64,000 nucleotides of DNA from Octopus sinensis (Eukaryota). The stretch spans positions 70,556,001 through 70,620,000 of the forward strand of contig NC_043006.1 in assembly GCF_006345805.1 (NCBI RefSeq), in the 5' to 3' direction. The notes beneath the pieces are model-generated. The model did no database searches, had not been told where the DNA came from, and worked only from the letters and a program-made list of their open reading frames with translations. How positions within the stretch are numbered: position 1 is the first letter of the stretch; the number at the start of each line of letters is the position of its first letter. Of the stretch, positions 36,705-49,500 are shown piece by piece. The translations under genes and the position numbers were made by a program.

Positions 36705-37270
36705 TTGTGTTGTCCGGAAAGTTTGTGCCAATTTATAGTAGCTTACCTTTCGACTTATTTTAGAACATTGTTGAGTCCATAAAATAGGATTTGACTACAC
36801 CTCCATTTAGAGCACAGTTTAAGCTATCTTTTCGTGGAAGAAGATTTATGTTCTTATAACCTGTGTTAATTCTGTAACCCTTTAAAATGGAAGATAAGAA
36901 AGTTCATGTTCAGCACTTGATGCTTTGGGAACCAGACAAAAATTGCTGCAGCTTGGCTGGGATGTGTTACCTCACCCTCCATATGCACCAGATATTGCTC
37001 CTTCGGATTTCCACTTATTCAGGTCTCTGCAGAATAGTCTTAATGGTAAAAATTAGAATTCCTTGGATGACGTAAAAAGATACCTTGATGAATTCTTTGC
37101 CATGAAACTACCTCAATTCTGGGAAGAGGGTATTTTCAAGTTAAAGGAAAGATGGAGATGCATTGTGCAACAAAATGGTTCATATTTGGTTGATTAAAAA
37201 TGTAATGGCAAGTATTTATTGACCTTTTTCTTTCCTTTAAAAATCGGCATGAACTTTCCGGACAACCCAA
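36705..37270 (+). mobile_element. Internally deleted mariner
   Basis: TA flanks; TIR TTG(T/G)GTTGTCCGGAAAGTT; HPPYAPDIAPSDFHL motif. Confidence 0.9.
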
Positions 37271-38789
37271 TATGTTCAAGTCTAAATCCAATCCTACTTT
37301 CTTAAAAAAGGAGGGACACATTTTTCTGTGTAGTCTTAGATATACAATGCAAAAATATGGAATGATCAGGGTTGTAATGTTTTTGATCATGGCATCTGCT
37401 CATGGATGATCTAGACCTAAAAAAAGACAACAATCACCAGGACTGCCACCCTACCATCATAATTATTGTCACAACCATCATCTCTATAATAACCACCTCA
37501 ACCATCACTACTGTAACAGCCACCACAGCTATTACATCATTATCATCATCACCCTTCCCCCAAACTTACAGGTCTGTATTCAGTGCAGAGACTTTCTCTC
37601 AAGCAATTGCTTGCCACTCCTCACTCACCTTCTTTCAGCAATTTTACGAGGTGTGAGTCAGTATTTTCATATCCACCCTCACCCCTTCCTCTTCAAGTGG
37701 TACTTGAAAAAGTTGGCTTGTCCAGCGAGGGAAATCTCTGGAGTTCACTCAAACACACGCCGTCAGTCACCACAAACAGAGTTGAACCATTATTGTTTTC
37801 TCTGTCAAAATAAGGTTCTGAAATCATAATAACTGTAATCATTACAATTTCTAATATTGGCACAATGCCAGAATTATAGGAAAACTTCAAGGAAGTCTCT
37901 ATGTGGTCACACAACTTGCTAGAAACGGCAGCCAAATCTCTCAAAATTACAACTCACCCATAAAGTTCCACTTGGTAAGAGCTTAACATTAGTTAAACAG
38001 AAATACCTGGCATGTATTGTATCATCTCAGGAGAGTTGAAAAGGATGAAATGTGACCCTGAAGACCTCTGAACCCACTACTAAGTTTCTTTTTAGAGACA
38101 ATAGAGAGATTTAGCTACTATATCTAGCAGGTCAAGTAACCACAGAATTTCCCAGTGTTGACTTGGAAATGATGTCTTGCTTAAAGTGTTTTTGCCGCAG
38201 ACTCTACCATTTCTGTGTTTACACGAACTTGTTACAAAGGCACACATACATACTACAATACCAACACACACACACACATACTCAGCTCAGGTGGGGATGT
38301 TCCAGGGAGACTCTCTTTTTTTCATTACTTATCATTGTGTTAATTTAATCCTTCTGCTGATAAGTATACTGAGAAAATCCAGGCCTGTCTAGAAACTAAC
38401 CAAACCTAGGGTGAAAATAAATCATGTTATATATACAGAAGACTTCAAACTGTACAAAAAGTGAAAAAGACCTGGATTCATAGATGCAAACAGTAAGAAT
38501 ATAAAATAAGGATGTTGGTGCACAGTTTGGGCTAAATAAGTGTGCAGTGTTTATTATGAAGAGAGGGCGGAAGATAAATTCTGTTAGTATAAAATTACAA
38601 GATAATAGCATTAAGTTACTGAGAAATAATTGGAGGAACATGTATGTAGAGGTGCTGCAGAACAATAGGGTAATTGAAAGAGAAATGAGAGATTACAAGT
38701 CTCCAAATAGGCTGTGGGTTCAATTCCTGGTTGCATGGTGTGGCCTTGAGCAAGACACTTTATTTCACTTTGCTCCAGTCCACTCAACA

Positions 38790-39203
38790 AGGCCAGAAAT
38801 TTTGAGGGAGGAGGTTACTTGATTACATATACCCCAGTTGTCAACCAGTACTTATTCTATCAAACCCAAAAGTATAAAAAACAAAGAAAACCCCAGCAGA
38901 ATTTGAACTCAGAATGTAAAGACTGACAAAATGCCTCTTAGTAGTTTGACTGACGTGTTAATGATTCTGCTAGGTCACTGCCTTACAATGCTCTTTAATA
39001 ATAAAATACAGACATAAGACCTCAGACTTATGGAGAGGGTATTCGTCCATTTAATCAATCCCTGTACTTGTATTTTGTTTTACTGACCCCAGGAGGATGA
39101 AAGGCAAAGTTAACTGCAGCAGGATTTGAACACATAAAGAGCTGAAACAAATACTGCAAATCATTTTGCAGTAGGGCATTAGATTCTGCCAATCTAATGC
39201 CCT

Positions 39204-39234
<31 letters not shown>

Positions 39235-39407
39235 TAAAAATAATCATAATAATAATAATAATAATTAAAATAATCTTTTCTACTGATGGCACAAGGCCTT
39301 GAATTTTTTTGGGAGGGGCCTAGTCGATTACATCAACCCCAGTATTTCACTGGTACTTAATTTATCGCCTCTGAAAGGATGAAAGGCAAAGTCAACCTCG
39401 GCAGAAT

Positions 39408-39448
<41 letters not shown>

Positions 39449-39680
39449 TAACAACAACAGCAATAATAATCCTTTCTAATAAAGGCGCAAGGCTTGAAGT
39501 TTTGGGGGAGGGAACTTGTTGATTACATCGACTCCAGTGTTTCACTGGTGCTTAATTTATCAATCCCAAAATGATGAAAGTCAACCTTGGTGGTGTTTGC
39601 ACTCAGAATGTTAAGCTGGAAAAAATGCCATTAAACATTTTGTCTGTCATGGTAACGATTCTACCTGTTCATTGCCCTCA
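38790..39680 (-). mobile_element. Array of about four SINE family B copies with (AAT)n spacers
   Basis: Repeated reverse-complement family B bodies. Confidence 0.75.
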
Positions 39681-40579
39681 ATAATAATATGATAATAATA
39701 ATATGTGCAGGATCTGGCTAATCAACAAGTTCTTAGGGATTCAGTGAAATTGAAGCCATAGGTTGTTTCAATCTCATTATTGTAATTATATTGCAAGATA
39801 ATTAATCTTAATTGATGGACTGTTGCAACCAAAATGCATTCAGTTTCATGGAAGGCTGCACACCCTAGATACTAATTGCTGCAGACTGCACTGCCATTTT
39901 GCAGATCTCTGCAAGTGTTCGCTCTTATATTGTCACAGCATTCTGTTACACATCAGTGAACAAAACACTTGATTGCCTCTGCAGCTGATTGCTCTGTGTG
40001 CGTCTGTGTGTGTGTGTCCTTTTGTGGTTCCAAATCTAGGTCATTCGGAGCAGTCAGTTGCTGAAGCAACTGTGGAAGTGATGACATTAATTTCACATGG
40101 CTAAGGAAATTAAGTCTATCAAACTGTGATTATGAAATACTAGCAGGATATCACACATCGATATCACATGCTGATCATGGAAACGAATGACATCAAGCTA
40201 TGATAAACAGTGGAATACTGACAGAGAGAGAGGTTATTACAATGGTTTAATTGATATCACATTGTTATGTAAATGATAGATATCAAATTACGGTCTTCAA
40301 TAAAAATACTGGTATTGGCATATTGTATCAGTTTTATATCACATTAGCATAAAAACCAATCACATTCTGTTTTGATTGAGAATAAAATTTACAGAGTTGT
40401 TAGAAGTTGTTGAAATAATATTGCAGAAGGATAGCAATATAAAATGGAAAGATTGTTGTGTTTGAAAATTGTTGAAGCTTCTCACTTGCTTTATTTCTTT
40501 TTCCATACTGTAGCAGAAAATATTAAAAAAAAGAAAAATGATTGGAGGGTGGGTAGAATCTGAGTCCCGATTTGAAATT

Positions 40580-40965
40580 ACTCTTTTACTTGTTTCAGTC
40601 ATTTGACTTTGGCCATGCTGGAGCACCGCCTTTTAGTCGAGCAAATTGCCCCCAGGACTTATTCTATCGGTCTGTTTTGCTGAACTGCTAAGTTACGGGG
40701 ACATAAACACTCCAGCATCGGTTGTCAAGCGATGTTGGGGGGACAAACACAGACACACAAACATATACACACACACATACATATATTATATATATACATA
40801 TATACGACAGGCTTCTTTCATTTTCCTTCTACCAAATCCACTCACAAGACTTTTTGTTGGCCTGATGCTATAGTAGAAGACACTTGCCCAAGGTGCCACA
40901 CAGTGGGACTGAACTCAGAACCATGTGGTTGGTAAGCAAGCTACTTACCACACAGCCACTCCTAT
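40580..40965 (-). mobile_element. SINE family A
   Basis: Full-length reverse-complement match. Confidence 0.85.
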
Positions 40966-41409
40966 ATAACTCTGGTATTATATAAAACAATGTTGTATTG
41001 GGCTGTAAATAAAGATTTACAGTAGTTGAATTAAGGTGGTGGAGGTGACAGCTTCTGCTCTTGTTTTTGATGTTTAACCCCAAGTCACTTCTGATTATTC
41101 AAAGGTGTTCCAGCCATGATCATCTTGTCAGCGTTTTTAGGCCATCTAGGACTACGTGATTTTATCAATCCTTTTCTTACTTAAGATTTTTAAGATGTAA
41201 TTTGATTGTTATTTTTCTATTTCCAGCTGGTCATGTGACCATCTAGAGGCTCTCTTGTTAGATCTTTGGGGAATTGGTAGGAGCAGTGGTGGGGGCTGTC
41301 CTCTCAGGGATAATTGTTGTAGCAGGTTAACTAGTCAACCTGAATTGAACAAGTCCATGGCACAGAGGTAGACTGTCAAACAACTAGAAGTGCCACTTTA
41401 GCAGGCAGC

Positions 41410-41650
41410 CTACGTAGCTGGTAGACGGGCAATTTGTCAACAGAGAGTTGGTCGACAGACAACTTACAGACAGGACAATTTCGTTTCCGGTTCTATCAAT
41501 AATATAGGCGTATCCTTTGTATAGAAGCTTTCTGCCTCCTCGTTCTGTTATGATGAACTCTGTGATCGATACCTTCGCATGACGAATTATTGTCCAATCA
41601 GCGAACTGTCTGTCGGCAAATTGTCTGTTGACGAATTGTCTGCTCACGAC
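41410..41650 (-). mobile_element. Mutator-like (MULE) remnant with a FLYWCH-like N-terminal fragment
   Basis: Inverted ends built of ~15-bp sub-repeats (GCAAATTGTCTGT-like); peptide EFIITERGGRKLLYKGYAY; no TSD found. Confidence 0.45.
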
Positions 41651-42649
41651 CTAGCCATGTAATTTTAGCATGTAGTCTAACCCTAAACCTAACCCCTAAT
41701 CCTAACCATAAACCCTATACCCTGACTCTATTCTTAACCCAGGTCAGGTCATTTCACAGTGTGGACTACAGATATTGTAGTAGACACATGCAAAAGTAAC
41801 GTCCAAAAGTGTCAGTGTGATCTGCAAAAGATTTCATCCCTTGACTGGTGTTTCAGCTCTGTTTCATCATAGTTCTTTTAAACTTTTTGTTATCATATTT
41901 CTGTTAAAATATACTGCATTTGTTTCAAATAATTTTTCAGAAAAATGAAGAAATTAGTAAAATAACTTTGCCATAATTATGACAGTGTTTGGAGCATAAG
42001 CTAACTTAGAACTTTGATGGAAGGTTTAAATTTAGATCGCTTTAAAACAAGAAATTTGTATCATAGAACTGAGGATGGTTTAAGGGTTGATGATGGTGAA
42101 CTTATTGGTCACTGCATGGCCAATAAGTTCACTGTCATCAATTCACTGCAAGGAAATGTCACTGACATCAATTCTCCATTTTATTTACAATAAAATAGTG
42201 AGATTCTGTGGACATATTTAAACTTTCCTCACGGTGAACTTTCCTCATGATGAACTTATCTGTGATCAATCACTGTATTTCAGGCTACATTATCCAATCT
42301 TTTCTGTTTTTAAAGTCAATAGTGTGATTCAAGAGAAAGTTTTGCTACCATGTCTAGCATGATGAGTGACCACATAAAAGGTATACCTGTTGGTTAATTA
42401 TTAAAGACCTCCTTCAGTCGTGAATGACCATGCGATTGTTTATGGAAGACCAGCAGTCACCTATGCATACCAGCCTCCCCTCTCCACGCCACTGATGTTA
42501 TCCAAAGGAAAGGCAAAGGCCGATACAGCTTGGCATCAGTGATGTTGCAACTCATTTCTACAGCTGAGTGAACTGGAGCAATGTGAAAATAAAGTGTCCT
42601 TGATTATTGATGAACTATAATGTTGTTAATTAGTGAATTGTTGGTTACT

Positions 42650-42988
42650 TAGTAAATGAGGATTTGTGAAGTCTTCAAGGAAATGAAATGAGCCTTCTCT
42701 GTTGGAGATGTAATGCAAGAACGACAGAGTACAAATGAACTGAGAGAAAAACTAGATTTAAGAGGAATCAGATATAATGTACAAAGGAGGAAACTACACT
42801 GGCAGGAGCCATGTGATGTGTATGGAGGATGATGGCTGCATAAAGAAGGGCTGGTTGGAAAAGGGAAACCAAGAAGGATATGGAATGAAATGGTGAAAAT
42901 TGATCTCAAGATGCTGAGTCTCACAGAGGAAATGACAAAGAACTGAGATGATTAACGACACAGTGCTGATGAATAGAACCCACCAAAG
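42650..42988 (+). mobile_element. Decayed RTE-clade LINE ORF2 C-terminus
   Basis: Frameshifted ELREKLDLRGIR...RRKLHW...HVM...KIDLKMLSLTEEMTK. Confidence 0.65.
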
Positions 42989-43361
42989 GCAGCGAGCTGG
43001 CAGAAATATTAGCACACTGGGCGAAATGCTTAGTGGTATTTCGTCTGTCTTTACATTCTGAGTTCAAATTCTGCCAAGGTCGACTTTGCCTTTCATCCTT
43101 TCAGGGTTGATAAATTAAGTACCCGTTGTGTACTGGAGTCAATCTAATCGACTGGCTTCCTCCCACCAAATTTCGGGCCTTGTGCCCGGAGTAGAAAAGA
43201 ACTGTCATCATTGGTCTTAAACTTATTTAATTCCACCAAGGTCGACTTTGCCTTTCATCCTTCCAGGGTTGATCAATTAAGTACCAGTTGCGTACTGGGG
43301 TTGATCTAATCGACTGGCCTTCTCCTCCAAAATTCCGGGCCTTATGCCTAGAGTAGAAAAA
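42989..43361 (+). mobile_element. Dimeric SINE family B insertion
   Basis: 17-bp TSD AATAGAACCCACCAAAG (42972-42988 and 43362-43378) encloses one full and one 5'-truncated copy. Confidence 0.85.
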
Positions 43362-43894
43362 AATAGAACCCACCAAAGCGTGTAGCAGTGAGTGGGAGTA
43401 GTGGATGGTCTATCCTGGGCAACGCTTTTATGGAGTGGCACTTTGGAGTCTGCAACATAAGCCTTGTAAAGGGGCAAGGACCCAAGGGCTGCTCTGAGCA
43501 GTACATACTCTAGAAACGCCTGAGGGAGGCTGAGAGGAATCTGCATTTGGGACCCTTGTTCAATAGACTCAATTAAGTCTACATCTCTTCTGTGTCTTTG
43601 ACAGTTTCTCTTGACTCCTTATCTCTACTCCTTTTCTTGTGCCTTCCTATCCATCTTTCTCTGCTGCTGGGATAACTAAAGATGGCTGTAGATGTCTCTT
43701 GTTCAGTGTACTATTCTACCTCATTAACTAGGAATCACATTGGCTTCATCTGACCTGCCCAACTCTCAGACACTCTCTCCACTAATCCCTATACCATACT
43801 GCCCATGTGACAAAGAATGGCATTTCACTTATCCTTAGTTAATACCTTCAACAGCCATTCATATCACTCTGCTTGTCTCATGCAACAGGAAGCT

Positions 43895-44290
43895 TATCTT
43901 CTTTTACATGTTTCTGTCATTGGACTGCAACCATACTGGAGCACCACCTCAAAGAGTTTGGTCAAACAAATCAACTCCAATGCTTATTTTTTAAGTCTGG
44001 TACTTATTCTATCTATATCGTTTGCTGAACCACTAAGTTATAGGATATAAACAAACCAACACCAGTTGCTAAGTGGGGTGGTAGGGACAAACACAAACAT
44101 AAAGTAACACACACACACACATACACATATGTATATAACAGACTCCCATAAAGTTTCTATCTGCCAAATTCATTCATAAGGCATTGGTCAGCACAGAGCT
44201 ATAGTGGAAAACACTTGCCCAAAGTACTGTGCAGTGGGACTGAACTCAAAACCATGAGGTTGCAAAGCAAACCTCTTGCCTGCTCAACCA
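43895..44290 (-). mobile_element. SINE family A (diverged)
   Basis: Reverse-complement match. Confidence 0.75.
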
Positions 44291-44329
44291 TGCTTGCCTA
44301 TATATAATATATATATGGAGATATGTTGT

Positions 44330-44832
44330 GACTGAGAAGCCCCAGCAAATAAAGTGAGTTCACAGCTGTAACCTACTCCAGTGGCGCATAACCAACCCAC
44401 TCAAAAGTACCTTGGATCATAGGGCAACATACCGTGCTTGAGGAGACCTATTGAGTCAAGTACATCAACATCAAATCAAATCACAATCAAATGGAAATTG
44501 TAGTTGTGATCCCCGTACCGGTGACACGCAAAAAGCACCATCCGAACATGGCCGATGCCAGCGTTGCCTTGACTGGCTTCCATGCCAGTGGCACATAAAA
44601 AGCACCATCTGATCGTGGTCGATGCCAGCCCCTTCTGGCCCCTGTGCCGGTGGCACGTAAAAAAGCGCCCACTACACTCTCAGAGTGGTTGGCATTAAGA
44701 AGGTCATCCAGCTGTTGAAACACTGCCAGATCAGACTGGAGCCTGGTGCAGCCTCCTGGCTTCCCAGACCCCAGTCAAACAGTCCAACCCATGCCAGCAA
44801 GGAAAATGGATGTTAAATGATGATGATGATGA
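44330..44832 (+). mobile_element. RTE LINE 3' end (family C, longer variant; related copy at ~47160-47460 on minus)
   Basis: Shared extra upstream segment, tandem units and (GAT)n tail. Confidence 0.75.
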
Positions 44833-45505
44833 TATTTTTCAAAATAACCAACAGGATATCAAGAAGTGATGCAGTACGACTGTTTCAAGCATTAGATTCC
44901 TTGGAAGAAAGCAGCAAATGTATATGTAAACAAGGATGGAAAAAAAAAACAGAAATGTTATACACACACACACATAGAAAGAGAGAGAGAGAGAAAGAGA
45001 ATCACTGTTGGAATACCTTGAATGAATGTACACGTACCAGGGAGGACTTGCTAGTCTTACAGGGCACAAGACAAATTCACAAGTGCCATGATAAAATGCA
45101 TCTGCCACACTCTGTGGTTGAAGAATGAGAGGAGATAAAAATAGAGTTAACAGGACTTTGAGTCATGTTGAGGACAGGAACGCTGTATTTGGTGCCAGAG
45201 CAGCAATTGAATACACGCAGTACTCTCACTAAAGTGGTTGGTGCTAAGAGGTGTCCAGCTTTAGAAACATAACAAGAAGAAATAAGGAAACATGAGCAAC
45301 GTGATGTCCTTCAACACATTTAGAAGAGCAATAACGCCCAAGAAGAATTAATATGGTGACAATTTGTCCAGTCTAAGCTACAATGGAAAGTGGATGTTAG
45401 ATGATGAGGATTTTATATACGTGTGTGTGTGTGTGTATGTATGTGTGTGTGTGTGTATATATGTATGTATGTGTGTGTGTGTATATATATATATATATGT
45501 GTGTG

Positions 45506-45541
<36 letters not shown>

Positions 45542-45593
45542 TGGCAATTTTTTTTCCTCCGGCTTCCCTTCTTTGGATCTTTCTTTTTCCTAT

Positions 45594-45628
45594 GTTTCTG
45601 ACGAAGAGCTCCGCTCAAAACGTTAAAC
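45594..45628 (+). ncRNA. Minimal hammerhead motif with a G12-to-A substitution
   Basis: GTTT CTGACGA A GAGC TCC GCTC AAA ACGT T AAAC; host element ends ...AACTATATA at (TA)n. Confidence 0.65.
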
Positions 45629-45715
45629 CCTCCTTCTTTCCTTCTTCCTGAGCGTCTAATAATACTATATTTGTTCCACGTCCTCACATTGTTGTGTTTT
45701 CATGTTTGGATTAAC

Positions 45716-45746
<31 letters not shown>

Positions 45747-45761
45747 GTGTGTGTGTGTGTA

Positions 45762-46190
45762 TCATCATCATCATCATCATCATCGTTTAACGTCCGTTTT
45801 CCGCGCTAGCACGGGTTGGACGGTTCGACCGGGGTCTGGGAAGCCAGGGGCCGCTCGAGGCTCCAGTCTGATCTGGCAGAGTTTCTACGGCTGGATGCCC
45901 TTCCTAACGCCAACCACTCCGTGAGTGGAGTGGGTGCTTTTTACGTGCCACCTGCACAGGGGCCGGGGGGTCCGGCATCGGTCACGATCGGTTCAAGCTT
46001 TTAACGTGCCAGCGGCACGGGGCAACGGAATCCGGGGTACTTTGAATGGGTAGGGGGTATGTGGAATTGCTGCAGAAAGCAGCCCGGGTCTTTGCAGTCA
46101 CAGCATATCTCCAGAGATCTCGGTCCTTCGCCATTGCCTCAGTGAGGCCCAATGCTCTGAGGTCATGCTTGACTACTTCATCCCATATTA
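45762..46190 (-). mobile_element. Young 5'-truncated RTE-clade LINE
   Basis: WDEVVKHDLRALGLTEAMAKDRDLWRYAV continues into the family C 3' sequence; many CpGs intact. Confidence 0.85.
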
Positions 46191-46324
46191 TATACATATA
46201 TATTATATATATATATATATACATACATATATATCATATATATATATGTATCATATAATATTAATTATATTTATATATATATATATATTATATACATATA
46301 TATTATTATATATATATATATATA

Positions 46325-47013
46325 GTTATCCGTAATAATGAAGGGTGAAATTAATTAATTTGGAAAAATTATCAATTACACCAAGTAGTCTTCGGCATGT
46401 AAAAGCCTCATTCGAGGAAATTTAAGTAATACTAAGCAATAAGGGTTTAGCAACGAGTTGCCTTACCACATACCGAATTTAGAAATAGCAGTCAAAGGGT
46501 TATAGCTATTTCTTCTACTAAAAGGGAGATCTCAGTAAAAACAGCATTTGGAAGGCACAAACAGGTAAGAGAGAATGAATTGACTGCAATCTATCATACA
46601 TTTTTTTAGGTTATCCACGGACGTACGTTTCGAAATCAAGTTTTAAGGAAAGCATACGAATTAAATATTAAATATTAAATAATAAATAATTCTATCTTAA
46701 GATAGAATTAATATTAAATATTAAATAATAAATAATTCTATCTTAAGATAGAATTATTTATTATTTAATATTTAATATTTAATTCGTATGCTTTCCTTAA
46801 AACTTGATTTCGAAACGTACGTCCGTGGATAACTAAAAAAATGTATGATAGATTGCAGTCAATTCATTCTCTCTTACCTGTTTGTGCCTTCCAAATGCTG
46901 TTTTTACTGAGATCTCCCTTTTTAGTAGAAGAAATAGCTATAACCCTTTGACTGCTATTTCTAAATTCGGTATGTGGTAAGGCAACTCGTTGCTAAACCC
47001 TTATTGCTTAGTA
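46325..47013. repeat. Near-perfect 584-bp palindrome (46430-47013) within a (TA)n-anchored element
   Basis: 269-bp arms differing only by two single-base indels; 46-bp central re-duplication. Confidence 0.95.
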
Positions 47014-47471
47014 TATATATATATATATATCACATACATATATATTACATATATATATATATTATATACATATATTTATCTATACTATATATATATATAT
47101 TATATATATATTATATATATATATATATATATATTATATACATATATATTATATATATTTGATCTGGCAATGTTTCTATAGCTGGATGCCCTTCCTAATG
47201 CCAACCACTCCGAGAGTGTAGTGGGTGCCTTTTATGTGCCACCGACATGGAAGCCAGTCAAAGCGGCACTGGCATCAGCCACATTCGGATGGTGCTTTTT
47301 ATGTGCTACCAACACGAGGGTCACAACTAAAATTCCCATTTGATTTGATTTTGATATTGCTGTTGATGTACTTGACTCAATAGGTCTCCTCAAGCGCAGC
47401 TTGTCACCCTACAATCCAAGGTACTTTTGAGTGGGCTGGTTATGCAACATGGGTGTAGATATATATATATA

Positions 47472-47508
<37 letters not shown>

Positions 47509-47696
47509 TAAATTTAGAGGACTGACCACTAAAGTGGACAGCCTATATGCTAAACATAGATGTCAAATCGCTATTACCACGAAGAATGTGTTCTCAAGAA
47601 AAATCTCAGCAAAAAGCCAAAATGTAAAAATTTAAAAAATGTAAAAATGTAAAAATTGTTTTTATATATGTATATATATATATATGTTTATATATA

Positions 47697-47812
47697 TACT
47701 GTTGTGTCTGGGGAGAGTCATTTTCTTTTTGTGCTCACCGGTAAAATTTCCACTTTTTTCTTATTTTTATTTTCCTAAAGTTTCTGTTGTGTCTTGCCAC
47801 CTTTTCAATAGT
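47697..47812 (-). mobile_element. Family F2 fragment with a decayed U3-A8 hammerhead motif
   Basis: Minus strand CTA TTGAAAA G GTGGC AAGAC ACAAC a GAA ACTT TAG. Confidence 0.55.
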
Positions 47813-48604
47813 TATATATATATATATGTATGTATGTATGTATGTATTCGTGATATATATATATATATATCACGAATGCTACTTGCATTTGACTCACACA
47901 CACACATCCTTGTAGTAAAAAAGGAAATCTGTCAGCAAGGCTACTGGTCAAGTGGTCACACGTATTTATACATACACAGACATAGTCACACACATACATA
48001 TATACTTGCACACATATACAGATATGTGTGATAAGTTAAACTATATCAAGGAGGTCATTCCTTAAGTGATCAAGCCATATATATATATATTATATATATA
48101 TATAAATGCTTACACACACATATACAGAACAATACTTGCATAGTTGAAATGAAGGACAATGACATCACCTCCCCTAACTACACTAACCTCAGAGTGGTGA
48201 CAGTGAGGGTGATGGTGGCAGTGCTAGTGCTGGTGGTGGTGGCAGCGGTGGAGACAGTGGTAATAATGATGATGGTCATAGACGGACCAGAGGTGGGGGC
48301 ACTCTAAGATTGTTTAAGAATTGAACAACGCAAGAGTTAGTAGCCTTCTATATCAATGTCTGTCACTCTTTCTGTGTAATTCAGTGAGGCATAAGAGCCA
48401 CTACACAATTACAGCAATATTTCTCCTCACTGTATGACTGGTTCTAATGAAGGTTTTTCCTGTTATCTGGGGTGAGTTTTTTATCTAGTAGCAATGTGTG
48501 TATGCTTATTTATGAGTATTGTAGATATAGTTGGTGTATTATAGGTTTATATGTGTGTATGTATTTTACGTTGGGCAGTTTATATAATATTGTTTTCATA
48601 TATG

Positions 48605-48905
48605 TATGTATCGTGGCACCGAGGGGCCCAGTTGATCTGATGAACAGAACAGCCTGCTCGTGAAATTAACGTGCACTCCACAGACACATGTACCCATAAC
48701 ATAGTTCTTGGAGAGATTCAGAGTGTGACAAGGCTGGCCCTTTGAAATACAGGTACAACAGAAACAGGAAGAAAAAGTGAGCCAGAGCCTCGTGGAGCTT
48801 TAGGTGTTTTCACTAAATAAACACTCACAACGCCTGGTCTGGGAATCAAAACCACGATCCTACGACCACGTGTGCTGCCCTGACCACTAGGCCATTGCGC
48901 CTCCA
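48605..48905 (-). mobile_element. SINE family D variant
   Basis: Match to 26398-26720. Confidence 0.75.
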
Positions 48906-48919
48906 CTATATGTGTGTAT

Positions 48920-49500
48920 ATCTTTTACTTATTTCAATCATCAGACTGTAAGCTTTTTCTCTTTTTTCTTTCTTTCTTTGTTTTGGTCTAGTATTTATTT
49001 CGTTGGTCTCTTTTGCTGAACTGCTAAGCTACAAAGACCTAAACAAACCAACACCGGTTGTCAGGTGGGGAAGAAGAGAACACAGAGATGCACATGTACA
49101 TATGCAATAGGGCTTCTACACAGTTTCTGTCTACCAGATTCACCTACAAAGCTTTAGATAGCTTGGGGATCTAGTAGAAGACACTTGCCCAAGGTGCTGC
49201 GTAGTGGGACCAAATCCACACACGCGTGTGATGTGTGTGTGGGGGGGGGGTGCACGCGTGTAGTGTGCATGTGTATATGTGTGTGCATGCATGAATGTGT
49301 GGTGTGTGTGTGTTTGTGTGTTCTCCACCCCACTTAATAATCGATGTTGGTTTGTTTATATCCTTGTGACTAAGGAGTTCAGTGAAAGAGACTGATAGGA
49401 TAAATGATATAGACTTAATAGAACATAAGTACTCAGGTCGATTTGTTTGACTAAAACTCTTCAAGGAGATGCTGCAGCATGGCCCACAGTCAGTGACTGA
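48920..49500. mobile_element. Two SINE family A copies in opposite orientation
   Basis: Minus copy ~48920-49215, plus 3' half ~49300-49500. Confidence 0.7.

Noticed and set aside
41670-41740. Interstitial telomere
   Set aside because: Short and highly degenerate; no clean (TTAGGG)n run.
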